From: an uncultured Dehalococcoidia bacterium | Lineage (GTDB): Bacteria; Chloroflexota; Dehalococcoidia; Lucifugimonadales; UBA3495 | NCBI GenBank assembly: GCA_950072105.1 | Contig: CATMOE010000008.1 | Location: forward strand, 21,797-85,796 | Reading direction: 5' to 3' | DNA length: 64,000 bases | Shown: positions 1 to 8,948 of the stretch, piece after piece | Layout of the letters: each line of letters starts with the position of its first letter | How positions within the stretch are numbered: the first letter of the stretch is position 1 | Translations under genes and position numbers: made by a program | Notes under the pieces: model-generated | What the model was told of the DNA's origin: nothing | Databases searched by the model: none | Seen by the model: the letters and a program-made list of their open reading frames with translations, nothing else

Positions 1-862
1 CTGGAACCATTGCGGCCCAGCCTGGGTCCGTGGCCACTTCTCCCTGGCTGAGCAACCGTACTATTTCGTTAACGAACAGCGGGTTTCCTTCGGTGCGCCG
101 GTGCACCAAGTCCAAAGCGTTATCGGGTAGAGCAACTCCGGCGCTGAGCTCGGCAAATTCGCTCACTTCCTGCTGCGTTAAGCCACCAAGCTGGATCCGT
201 CGGAACAGTTGCTCGCGCATGAGGCTGCCCAACGTCTGCGATAATGGGTGCTGCCGCGACACCTCTACGTCACGGTAGGTACCCACCAGCAGCAGGTTGC
301 TAGCCGCCATGCCACGAGCCAGGAATTCCAGCAAAAGCAGAGAGGCGTGGTCGCCCCAATGCAAGTCGTCCAGGACGATTACCAGCGGTTGAGACTGGGA
401 GGCATTTTTCAAGAAGGTGGTGACGGAGTCGAAGAGACGGAACCGGGCCGGCTCGGGCTCCAACGCAGGCGGGTCTGTAAGATCGGGCAGCTTTTCCCGT
501 AAGCCGGGAATCAATTCAGCGATGTGGGACGCGCCGGGTCCCATCGCCGAACTTAGCTGGTCAGGGTCTTGTTCGCTGATGAAAGAGCCGATGGACTGGA
601 TCCACCGCCAGTAGGGGGGCGCCCCCTCTTCTTCGTAGCACCGGCCCCAAAGGACTCGGGCTCCTTGGGTTTCGGCGTAGGTAGTCAACTCTTGGGCTGT
701 TCGAGTTTTGCCGATGCCCGGCTCACCCACCAGCATCACCATTTGCCCGCGCCCGGCCAGGGATTCTTCCAAGGCCGCCCTTAGCTCACCCATCTCTCTC
801 TGCCGGCCAACGAAGACGCCGGAGGAGGCACGGGAACTTGATTGAGACGAAGGCTGTGACAT
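1..862 (-). CDS. AAA ATPase (AAA_16-type) N-terminal part of a LuxR/STAND-like regulator; runs off the window edge
   Basis: Manual translation from ATG 862: MSQPSSQ..FVGRQREMGEL..LVGEPGIGKTRTAQE (Walker A)..VLDDLHWGD (Walker B)..TEGNPLF; paralogous to 43114-46059. Confidence 0.85.
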   Translation of the reverse strand, partial: MSQPSSQSSSRASSGVFVGRQREMGELRAALEESLAGRGQMVMLVGEPGIGKTRTAQELTTYAETQGARVLWGRCYEEEGAPPYWRWIQSIGSFISEQDPDQLSSAMGPGASHIAELIPGLREKLPDLTDPPALEPEPARFRLFDSVTTFLKNASQSQPLVIVLDDLHWGDHASLLLLEFLARGMAASNLLLVGTYRDVEVSRQHPLSQTLGSLMREQLFRRIQLGGLTQQEVSEFAELSAGVALPDNALDLVHRRTEGNPLFVNEIVRLLSQGEVATDPGWAAMVP

Positions 863-1000
863 GGGGCCAGTATAGTTGGAATGGATAGAGGGTTCCAGTG
901 CCGGTGTGTATTGGTCATCCTACCTAAGGCCGTGTCTGCTTAGATTCGATTTGGAATATAATTTGTCTTGAAAACTGGGAGTGCCCTAAGAACGAATAGA

Positions 1001-1465
1001 GTGGATTGGGAAGAATTCAAACGCGCTGATCCAGAATTAACGGCCTTGGGCGAAGAGCGCATGGAGGCAACCGGGTTGGTGCTATTGGGTACCCTGAGAA
1101 AAAACGGTTTCCCGCGCATCTCGCCGGTGGAACCGCTCTTGACTATGGGGCGTCTCTACCTGGGGATGATGTGGCAGTCGCGCAAGGCGCTGGACCTTCT
1201 GCGCGATCCACGGTGCACCGTGCACAGCACGGTTTCGGACCGGCACGGCAGTGAGGGAGGGTTTAAGCTGTATGGACGTGGTCTGGAGATCCGGGATCTG
1301 GAAGAGCGGCGTCTCTACAGTGAGGCGCTTCATGAGAAGATCGGATTCAAGCCGGAAGAGCCGGAGTTCCACCTGTTCGCGGTTGACATCGAGAGCGCGG
1401 CTTACGCTGTGATCAGAGATGGGGAGTGGTTCCGTCGGATTTGGAATGCCGCCGGTCGCGGCTGA
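1001..1465 (+). CDS. Pyridoxamine 5'-phosphate oxidase-like split-barrel flavin/F420-binding protein
   Basis: LGTLRKNGFPRISPVE, SRKALDLLRDPRC motifs; GTG 1001 preferred over TTG 968. Confidence 0.75.
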   Translation: MDWEEFKRADPELTALGEERMEATGLVLLGTLRKNGFPRISPVEPLLTMGRLYLGMMWQSRKALDLLRDPRCTVHSTVSDRHGSEGGFKLYGRGLEIRDLEERRLYSEALHEKIGFKPEEPEFHLFAVDIESAAYAVIRDGEWFRRIWNAAGRG

Positions 1466-1525
1466 GAATGTGGGCAGATCGGCGAGTGCTGTTAGGTTGA
1501 AGGAGCAGCCGGACTGGTAAATGGA

Positions 1526-1559
1526 CCGTGCCGGGGGAAGGGGAATCACCCCGGCACGG
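1526..1559. terminator. Hairpin between convergent genes
   Basis: CCGTGCCGGGG / CCCCGGCACGG 11-bp perfect stem. Confidence 0.55.
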
Positions 1560-1597
1560 GAGAATGTAGTCTTCGTTCGGACCTAGGCAAAGATTTC

Positions 1598-1861
1598 TTA
1601 TACCGTTCCATTCACATGGCCGTTGGTAGCCTCGGCCAACACGGGTTGATTTTCCTTGCTCTGTCTCCGGGAGCGCATGGCGTCTACGTAACCGGCGGCC
1701 TTGTCGCGAATCCCGTCGGCCTTGTTGCGAAGCTCGTCGGCTCGGGCCGCCACGATCTGCCGAGACTGTTTACCGGGTTTGGGCGCGAATAATAGGCCGG
1801 CAACCGCGCCCAAAGCGGCGCCAGCGATAAGACCTGTGACCAACTTGTTTGTGTTAACCAT
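1598..1861 (-). CDS. YtxH-domain protein
   Basis: GLIAGAALGAVAGLLFAPKPGKQSR signature; AGGAGG RBS upstream. Confidence 0.85.
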   Translation of the reverse strand: MVNTNKLVTGLIAGAALGAVAGLLFAPKPGKQSRQIVAARADELRNKADGIRDKAAGYVDAMRSRRQSKENQPVLAEATNGHVNGTV

Positions 1862-1930
1862 TGTCGTTCCTCCTGTATCTTGTTCCGTTCGGCTGCTCTA
1901 ACTTGTAAACCTATTAAACGATACCCAGCG

Positions 1931-1970
1931 TTACCGGGGAATTACTGTTGAATTACCGGCTTATTACCGG
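1931..1970. promoter_or_regulatory. Four direct TTAC(C/T)G(G/T) repeats at 11-bp period, putative regulator-binding array
   Basis: TTACCGG 1931, TTACTGT 1942, TTACCGG 1953, TTACCGG 1964; upstream of the ytxH-like gene. Confidence 0.5.
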
Positions 1971-2262
1971 GGAGTGATTCCGGGCGCGGACGTACGAGCC
2001 CAGTAATACCATGCGAGATAGATAACCAAAGGAAACCAGGTTACTTAAATCCTGGTTAGACGCGGGTATTGTGGGAGTGGAGTCTGGGATTTGAGGAATG
2101 CCTTAATATGCGGGATTTTAAGACGCACCTCCGGACCGACCTGATCTGCCGAGAGGGTGGCCTGGATGGCGTGGGACTAGGATGGATTGTCTGAGGCGAA
2201 AATGCACCGATGGCTACATCAGGCTGGGTGGCAAGGTCTAGGACACGGAAAAGACGCTCGCT

Positions 2263-3030
2263 CTACTTGTCCCGGTATCCCCTGGGGGTTGCCATGTGCC
2301 CCTGCAGCAGGTAGGTGGTGGAGTTTCCGATGACCACGGTGGTGACCATGTTGATGTCCTCGGCGATCCCTTCCAGCCCTTCCAGGTCGGTGATAGTCAC
2401 CTGTTGCCCCGGCCGAAAAGCGTCCTTGACGACGCCGACTGGGGTTTTACCAGAGCGATGCTCAAGAAGTATGCGCCGGGCCTCCATCAGTTGCCATTGG
2501 CGGGTCCGGCTTCGGGGGTTGTATAGGGCGACGACGAAATCTCCCTGGGCTGCCGCCTTCAGCCGTTGTTCGATGGCCGTCCATGGGGTCAGCAGGTCGC
2601 TGAGACTGATGGCGCAGAAGTCCTGCATCAAGGGCGCGCCCAGCAAGGCGGCGGCGGCCTGCATGGCGGAGATGCCGGGCACCGTTTCCACTTGAGGGTT
2701 GATCCCGTCCCAATCCAAACCATTTAGCACTTGGAACACCGGGCCGGACATGCCGTAGATGCCGGCGTCTCCCGAAGACACCACCGACACCACCCGACCC
2801 GCGTAAGCCAACTCCACGGCCTTGGACGCCCGCTCAATCTCCTGGCCCAATTCCATGGAGACGAGTTCCTTGCCAGCTAGCAAGTCTCCGGCCTGTTCGA
2901 TATACGCACGGAACCCGACAACGACGTCCGATTCCTCCAGGGCCGACATGGCCGCACCCGTCAAGTACTCAGCCTCGCCGGGTCCTAGGCCAACAAGAAA
3001 CAGCTTGCCTTGTTTGTTGTCGTTAGCCAC
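2263..3030 (-). CDS. cbiH: Cobalt-precorrin-3B C17-methyltransferase
   Basis: VGLGPG, SSGDAGIYGM, DFCAISLSDLLTPW, ALYNPRS, TPRGY; start GTG lies inside the element's inverted repeat. Confidence 0.93.
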   Translation of the reverse strand: MANDNKQGKLFLVGLGPGEAEYLTGAAMSALEESDVVVGFRAYIEQAGDLLAGKELVSMELGQEIERASKAVELAYAGRVVSVVSSGDAGIYGMSGPVFQVLNGLDWDGINPQVETVPGISAMQAAAALLGAPLMQDFCAISLSDLLTPWTAIEQRLKAAAQGDFVVALYNPRSRTRQWQLMEARRILLEHRSGKTPVGVVKDAFRPGQQVTITDLEGLEGIAEDINMVTTVVIGNSTTYLLQGHMATPRGYRDK

Positions 3031-3442
3031 AGAGACACAGAGGCACGGAGGGTTTAGAAGATGAGCCGTTTGATGCCATTTGTTAGCAACCTTGAGTTAA
3101 AGTTCATTAAGAGACCAATTTTCTTGCCGGTGATCTTTAGGTAGGTTAACACTTGGGCCTCGAAGAGGGGATCGTGACGTTCGACACTTTTAATTTCCAC
3201 CACCACCGTATCTTCCACGACGAGTTCGATCCGGTAATCACCAATCTGTTCCCCTTTGTAGGTGAGTGGTATCGGCACCTGTCGTTGATACTGAAGCCCT
3301 TGGAGACCCAACTCGACACATAGGGCTGCCTCGTAGGCGCTCTCGAGAAGTCCCGGCCCCAAATGCCGGTGCACTTCTATCCCACAACCTATGATCCTTT
3401 CCGTAATTTTATTTAACTCTGTGATCTCTGTGTTTCTGTGGC
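3026..3442 (-). mobile_element. IR-bounded GxxExxY cassette with TA duplication
   Basis: IRs 3023-3050 and 3417-3445 (19/20 identity over the outer 20 bp); TA at 3024-3025 and 3443-3444. Confidence 0.75.
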
Positions 3443-3449
3443 TAATCAA
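3054..3449 (-). CDS. GxxExxY protein (PD-(D/E)XK nuclease-like)
   Basis: GPGLLESAY motif, VVVEIKS, QVLTYLK; 131 aa. Confidence 0.93.
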   Translation of the reverse strand: MISHRNTEITELNKITERIIGCGIEVHRHLGPGLLESAYEAALCVELGLQGLQYQRQVPIPLTYKGEQIGDYRIELVVEDTVVVEIKSVERHDPLFEAQVLTYLKITGKKIGLLMNFNSRLLTNGIKRLIF

Positions 3450-4579
3450 GACTTATCAGCGCCGTAGAACATTCGGGCAACGGCGACGGTTGCGCGGTCG
3501 GTTTTGGTTTTGGTGACTAATAGTTCGGTTGCGGATGAAGCCAATAGGGCGGCGGGTTCGCATACGCCCCAGATTCCCAACAATCTGTGAGGTTCTGGGG
3601 AGGGTGTTGGACCCAGTTCAGAGCCTTCAGGAGGGAACATGGAGTTCAGATCTGATTCGCCGTAGCAGTGGACCGGCACTTGGAGCTTGGCCGCCATCTG
3701 TCCGATGCCTACTTCGTCGCGCTTTAACTCGGCGGTGGCGATGCAGTTGATGCTGGCCTTAGCCAGGTTGTTATCGCGGAATGTAGTGTCGATCAGGTGC
3801 TCTAGATGTTCCATGGGGACGCCACGGCGGCACCCCAGGCCAACCGCCAAGCTACGAGGCCGATATACCACGACGAATTTGCCGGGCAAGGCATCGGAAT
3901 AGGTCTTTTCGCTGGAATGATCCTGGGCCGCCAGGTCGGTGATTACCAGCGCGGCGGCGCATGGGGATTCAGCCAAAGACTGTAAAGATCGGTACACCTC
4001 GACGTTGTCTGGCAACGGCTGGCCGGAAGGCCACCAGCCGGTCTCCCCGGCCTCCTGATATATACCCACCGGCTCTCCGTTTATGGAGATGGCGCTGGCT
4101 CTTGTGACAGTCAGCGGGTCCGCTTCTATCTGCCAGCCGAATTCCTGACCAAGTAAGTCCACGGCCAGGCGTCCGGTCACGTGGGATGCCGAGGTTACGA
4201 CGGGAGAAGCGTCCAGGATGGAGGCTACTTCTTGAGCCAGCTTGTCAGCCCCGCCCAGGTGTCCCGAAAGCAGGCTCACGGCGAACCGCCCGGCGTCGTC
4301 GACGCAAACAACGGCAGGGTCACGGTGCTTGTGATCTAGGCATGGCGCCAGCAGCCTGACCGCTGCCCCCACGGGCATGAAAAGCACTAATCGCCGGCAC
4401 TCTTGGAAAACACTTTGAACCAGAGGGCGGGCCGGCAGGTCGAAAGCTACTGCGTTATCTTCCTCAACCAAAAAGCGCCGGTCCAGATAAAGGGTCGAGC
4501 CGCCGCCCAATTCGGTGGCAACCCTACGGGCCAGCTCTGCGCCGTTGCGGGAAATAGCGACGATGGCGGTATCGGTCAT
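3446..4579 (-). CDS. cbiG: Cobalt-precorrin-5A hydrolase
   Basis: KHRDPAVVCVD, SLLSGHLGGA, GLGCRRG, GVCEPAAL; start moved to ATG 4579 (MTDTAIVAIS). Confidence 0.92.
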   Translation of the reverse strand: MTDTAIVAISRNGAELARRVATELGGGSTLYLDRRFLVEEDNAVAFDLPARPLVQSVFQECRRLVLFMPVGAAVRLLAPCLDHKHRDPAVVCVDDAGRFAVSLLSGHLGGADKLAQEVASILDASPVVTSASHVTGRLAVDLLGQEFGWQIEADPLTVTRASAISINGEPVGIYQEAGETGWWPSGQPLPDNVEVYRSLQSLAESPCAAALVITDLAAQDHSSEKTYSDALPGKFVVVYRPRSLAVGLGCRRGVPMEHLEHLIDTTFRDNNLAKASINCIATAELKRDEVGIGQMAAKLQVPVHCYGESDLNSMFPPEGSELGPTPSPEPHRLLGIWGVCEPAALLASSATELLVTKTKTDRATVAVARMFYGADKS

Positions 4580-4589
4580 GGCCTGGTGT

Positions 4590-5438
4590 TCACTGCCCGC
4601 CGCCGCTGGAGCCCTCCTCCACATCGGAAGACTCCGCCTCGGCCCGGCGGTAGAGGTGGGTGTAGTCGCTGGCATAGAGGTGGGACGACGAGACGCCGTT
4701 GGCCGCAGTGGGGACGTGATGAAGCAGGGCCGGGTCCATCGCTTCGCCAACCATGATTAGAGCCTGCAAGGTGATCTTGGCATCCCTGACCTTGGCGGCA
4801 ATGTCGCTAAGGGTGCCCCGAATAATCTTTTCGTCCGGCCAACCCACCCGGTAGACAACAGCCACCGGAGTGGATTCAGTGTAACCCGCTTCTAATAACT
4901 GGCGCACCACGGTGAACATCCGCGTGATACTTAAAAATATGACTAGCGTGGAACCATGAGCCGCCAGGTCTTTCAGTTGTTCTCCGGGTGGCATGGAGAC
5001 ACGGCCTTGTGCCCGGGTCATGATCACCGTCTGGGACCCGCCGGGTATGGTCAATTCGACTTTCAGCCGGGCGGCCGCCGCGAAGGCCGCGCTTACCCCC
5101 GGTATGATTTCGTAATCTACCTGGGCCTCTTCCAAGATTCGCATCTGTTCCAGGACGGCCCCGTAGATTGAAGGGTCGCCGCTCTGGATGCGAGCCACGG
5201 TCTTCCCCTGGCGAACCGATTCCAATGTCAACTCCATGATTTCGCTCAGGTTCAGAGTCTTGCTGCCATGGACCTCGGCGCCGGGCTTGGCGAAATCCAC
5301 GATGGAAGGATGGACCAGGGAGTCGGCGTATATGATTACATCGGCGGACTCGATCACCGATTTGGCTTTTAACGTCAACAACTCCGGGTCGCCGGGGCCG
5401 CCGCCAACTATATATACCTTGCCTTGGCTTTGAGCCAT
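4590..5438 (-). CDS. cbiF: Cobalt-precorrin-4 C11-methyltransferase
   Basis: VGGGPGDPELLT, YADSLV, SGDPSIYGA, SHLY. Confidence 0.93.
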   Translation of the reverse strand: MAQSQGKVYIVGGGPGDPELLTLKAKSVIESADVIIYADSLVHPSIVDFAKPGAEVHGSKTLNLSEIMELTLESVRQGKTVARIQSGDPSIYGAVLEQMRILEEAQVDYEIIPGVSAAFAAAARLKVELTIPGGSQTVIMTRAQGRVSMPPGEQLKDLAAHGSTLVIFLSITRMFTVVRQLLEAGYTESTPVAVVYRVGWPDEKIIRGTLSDIAAKVRDAKITLQALIMVGEAMDPALLHHVPTAANGVSSSHLYASDYTHLYRRAEAESSDVEEGSSGGGQ

Positions 5439-5442
5439 TCTT

Positions 5443-6168
5443 TTACCTCTTGATTATCAGAAGGGAGAAATAGTCCAGGTCTTCCTCGGAGAGCGTGCTA
5501 AGGTCCCTGACCACCTCTTCCCGGGCGGTGCTGGCACGGCGTACGTATATGCCCTTTCCGGCCAAGCCCAGTTGCTCCAGATTAGCCAGCGCTTGTAGCA
5601 GGGTGCGGTTAACCTTCATGAGGATGATGGTGTCGTAGTTGGCGATGGCTTCGGATAGGTCGTCGATCCCGTAGACGGCGGGCAGGATCACCAATCTCTG
5701 GCCGTGGGTGACCAGGGGAACTCCGGCGCTGGCTGCCGCCGCCATGACGGAGGACACGCCGGGAATGATCTCCACGGTAACCTCAGGGTATCCCGACTTG
5801 ATGCTGTCCAACACGTAAGAAAAGGTGCTGTACAGCATGGGATCGCCTTCGGTGATAAACGCCACGTCCTTTCCTTGTTTGAGGTGGCCACCGATGGTGT
5901 CGGCGGCGTTCCGCCAGACCGCCGCGGCTCCCGCTTCGTCGTCGATGGGGAACGGAATCCGGATGATTTCCTGTTTTTTCTCGTCCAGGTAATCCCGCAC
6001 GATGTCCAAGGCATAGCTTTCCTGGCTGGACTCCGAGCGAGGTGTACATATCACCGGCACCTCTTGGAGAACCCGTAGGGCTTTCAACGTGAGCAACTCC
6101 GGGTCGCCGGGACCCACGCCCACTCCGTAGAAGCGCCCGAAGTTGGTGCTATTTCCCGTCGTGCTCAT
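5443..6168 (-). CDS. cbiL: Cobalt-precorrin-2 C20-methyltransferase
   Basis: GVGVGPGDPELLTLKA, EGDPMLYSTF, YFSLLII. Confidence 0.93.
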   Translation of the reverse strand: MSTTGNSTNFGRFYGVGVGPGDPELLTLKALRVLQEVPVICTPRSESSQESYALDIVRDYLDEKKQEIIRIPFPIDDEAGAAAVWRNAADTIGGHLKQGKDVAFITEGDPMLYSTFSYVLDSIKSGYPEVTVEIIPGVSSVMAAAASAGVPLVTHGQRLVILPAVYGIDDLSEAIANYDTIILMKVNRTLLQALANLEQLGLAGKGIYVRRASTAREEVVRDLSTLSEEDLDYFSLLIIKR

Positions 6169-6172
6169 CGAG

Positions 6173-6787
6173 CTATCCTTCTCGCCGGGCGGTCACCACG
6201 AAGACCGGGTTAAGGGCCTCCAAACGGACCGTCCCGTCGGGCATATCTTTTCCTCTGGACGAGTTCACCATAACCATGTCGGCAACAAAACCCGACGACT
6301 TGAAGCGTTGGTATACTTCATTTGTGCGTTCCAAGGCAGCCAGGTTAACCACGATGCGGCCGCCTGCTCGCAGCCGCTTTATCGCCACGTCTAATATCTC
6401 CGCCAGGCTTCCGCCGCTGCCTCCCACGAACACCGCGTCTGGGTCAGGCAATTCCACCAGTGCGTCCGGCGCTTCTCCGGCGATGATATGAACGTTCTTT
6501 GAGCCCCACTGCTCCACGTTACGCCGGAGCAGCGGCAAGCTCTCTTCGTCACGCTCCACGGCGTAGACAGTGCCTTCCCGGGCGATTATAGACGCTTCGA
6601 CAGAGATAGACCCGGTGCCGGCTCCGATGTCCCAAACCACGCTGCCGGGCCGGAGACCCAGGGAATAGAGGCTGACCGCGCGCACTTCCCGCTTGGTGAT
6701 CTGCCCCTGCAGCGGGCGCCGTTGCTCGAAAGCATCGTCGGGAAGGCCCAATGCCCGTTGCGAAGCCGCCTGCAATTTCTCAACCAT
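6173..6787 (-). CDS. cbiT: Cobalt-precorrin-6B C15-methyltransferase (decarboxylating), stand-alone
   Basis: GLPDDAF, ITKREVR, WDIGAGTGS, PDAVFVGGSG, ALNPVF. Confidence 0.92.
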   Translation of the reverse strand: MVEKLQAASQRALGLPDDAFEQRRPLQGQITKREVRAVSLYSLGLRPGSVVWDIGAGTGSISVEASIIAREGTVYAVERDEESLPLLRRNVEQWGSKNVHIIAGEAPDALVELPDPDAVFVGGSGGSLAEILDVAIKRLRAGGRIVVNLAALERTNEVYQRFKSSGFVADMVMVNSSRGKDMPDGTVRLEALNPVFVVTARREG

Positions 6788-7991
6788 TGGTCTGGCTTCC
6801 GGCGGTGGCGATCAGCGGAAGGCCCTGGGGCGACGTGGAAGCCTGGCCCAAGAGTGCGCCGTCGAAATCGAAGCACAGGCTATCGACGATGAGTTTATTG
6901 GCGTCGTCGCCAAGTAGCTTATGGCTTTCTTCGCAGACCATCTCGCACATCAAGGTAAATACCGAGTTCAGACCGTTGGCCAGCGCAAGTTCCTGAAAGT
7001 GGCGGGCGCTGGCGGCTTGGCGTATCTCTTCTTGAACCTCATCGGTCGCACCGCATTGGGAGGCCAGGGCAGCCAGGAAGGTGGTGTCCACCCGGTTCCC
7101 GGCCACGTGGGTCACGAAGTATCCTTGAGCCATTTTTGAGAGTTTGCCGACCATTCCAGCGTGGGTTGCCCGTTGGACGTTACGCATGACGCAACGTTTC
7201 AACGACGGTCCGCTGAAGATGCCGGCCTCGATGTAAGCCATGTCCGGCAGGTCCAATACTTTTTTGGTGAAGATCTCGCTCTGCGTGCCGGTGGAAAGCA
7301 CCAAGTGGGACAAGTCGTTGGTCGCCGCTACGTCTATGGCCATGTTCGCGCTGGCCCGCCATGCCGCGGTGGAAAAGGGCTGGACCACGCCGGTGCTGCC
7401 CAGGATGGATATCCCTCCCAGGATTCCCAGGCGTGAGTTGGTGGTCTTTTCCGCGATCTCTTCGCCGTTGGGAACGGAGATCTCCACGACTAAGCCGGTT
7501 TCGGACGGAAGGCCGTGGGTCGTGGCCGCTTCGTTCACAGAGTCGATTATCATGCGCCGGGGCACCCGGGTGACGGCCGGTTCGCCTACCTCGATCCCGA
7601 CACCTGGGCGGGTCACTGTTCCCACGCCGATACCCCCGGCGATCCGTACTTTATCAGCGAAGTTTGGGTCCCTGTAGACCGTGACGCATATCTCCGCACC
7701 GTGGGTGACGTCCGGATCGTCGCCGCCGTCCTTGATGACCGAGCAGGTCACTTTGCTTCCATCATCCGAGGTCTGGCATCGGTGAATCTCGAAGGTGACC
7801 GATCTGCCTACCGGCAACTGAATCGTTGATTGGCCAACCGATTCCCCGGTGAGCAGGGATTGAGTGGCGGCCTTGGCCGCAGCTGCCGCGCATGACCCGG
7901 TGGTATACCCGGTGCGCAGTCCCCCTCGCTTAACCGTTTGCCTGCTGTAGTCGCTTTCCGGCCTTTGGTCCGGATTCGGCTTGTCAACCAT
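6780..7991 (-). CDS. cbiD: Cobalt-precorrin-5B C1-methyltransferase
   Basis: LRTGYTTGSCAAAA, KDGGDDPDVTHG, RLGILGGISILG. Confidence 0.95.
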   Translation of the reverse strand: MVDKPNPDQRPESDYSRQTVKRGGLRTGYTTGSCAAAAAKAATQSLLTGESVGQSTIQLPVGRSVTFEIHRCQTSDDGSKVTCSVIKDGGDDPDVTHGAEICVTVYRDPNFADKVRIAGGIGVGTVTRPGVGIEVGEPAVTRVPRRMIIDSVNEAATTHGLPSETGLVVEISVPNGEEIAEKTTNSRLGILGGISILGSTGVVQPFSTAAWRASANMAIDVAATNDLSHLVLSTGTQSEIFTKKVLDLPDMAYIEAGIFSGPSLKRCVMRNVQRATHAGMVGKLSKMAQGYFVTHVAGNRVDTTFLAALASQCGATDEVQEEIRQAASARHFQELALANGLNSVFTLMCEMVCEESHKLLGDDANKLIVDSLCFDFDGALLGQASTSPQGLPLIATAGSQTNG

Positions 7992-8024
7992 CGTGTTTTA
8001 TCCGGTCACATGCTGGCGAGAGCA

Positions 8025-8948
8025 CTAGCCCTCCACCCGGTCCCATACTTGGCGTATCCGGTCAGCGGCCACCGCCACGATCCGGTCGTCAACGCCCAGA
8101 GGCGGCGTTACCGACAGAGATACGGTTGGGTGACTTTGAGCTATCCGGTCCATGCCCCCCAGAATGTTTCTCTTGAGGATTAGCCCGGGGAAAAACAGAT
8201 AGGGAACGACCACGATACGCGCGACTCCCCGCTCCTCCACCAATCTCGTAGCGGCATCGTCCACCGTTGGGTCACCGTAGTGGGACTGGGCCACCGCAAC
8301 AGCATAGCCCAAACCAAGACGATTCTCTACCATGCGCCCCAAGTCCTGGAACCAGAGGCAATCGTCGTACTGGTTCTTGGTGCCTGCCTTGACCACAAGC
8401 ACCCCGGTAGGACCTCCTTCCTTATTCGTAGGAGATTCTGTTTCGTTGGACAGGCCCAGACTTTGTACACGCTCCACTATGATCTCCGCCATGCGGGGAT
8501 CAGGGCCCAACGATTCAGCCAGGTATAATCCCAACGAAGGCAGTTTCGCGCGTAACTCGTCCAGGATCTCGTCCATCTCCAAGGTGACATGCTTTCCCTG
8601 ACCCAGCAGGTACGGGATGACCACCACCCGTTCCAGTCCCTGGTCCGCCATATTGTGGATGGACTGGTCTGGATGCGGTTCGATGAACTCCAAGCAAGAA
8701 AGCTCCACCTCGGCCCGTTGGCCGCCCAATGAGGATTGGAGGCGGTCTGCCGCATCCCTTAATCCCAATGGGGTGCTTGGACAATCCAGGCACCATGGGG
8801 GCCGTTCGTGTCCGGTCCCTCGCCAGGAACAGGAACACTCATCGGGGCTGGCGCCGCGCTGGCTGCCGTGGGCCACGAAAACAACACCCCACCGGCCGCC
8901 GCCGTTTTCGTCATTGCTACTGTCAGACATCTCCGGTCGTCCGGTCAT
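8025..8948 (-). CDS. cbiX: CbiX/SirB-family sirohydrochlorin cobaltochelatase, two domains, with Cys-rich insert
   Basis: VAHGSQ, LEFIEP, PYLLGQGKH, VPYLFFPG; operon context. Confidence 0.8.
   Translation of the reverse strand: MTGRPEMSDSSNDENGGGRWGVVFVAHGSQRGASPDECSCSWRGTGHERPPWCLDCPSTPLGLRDAADRLQSSLGGQRAEVELSCLEFIEPHPDQSIHNMADQGLERVVVIPYLLGQGKHVTLEMDEILDELRAKLPSLGLYLAESLGPDPRMAEIIVERVQSLGLSNETESPTNKEGGPTGVLVVKAGTKNQYDDCLWFQDLGRMVENRLGLGYAVAVAQSHYGDPTVDDAATRLVEERGVARIVVVPYLFFPGLILKRNILGGMDRIAQSHPTVSLSVTPPLGVDDRIVAVAADRIRQVWDRVEG

Noticed and set aside
4580..4750. ORF-track N-terminal extension of cbiG
   Set aside because: Overlaps cbiF; CbiG similarity starts at ATG 4579.
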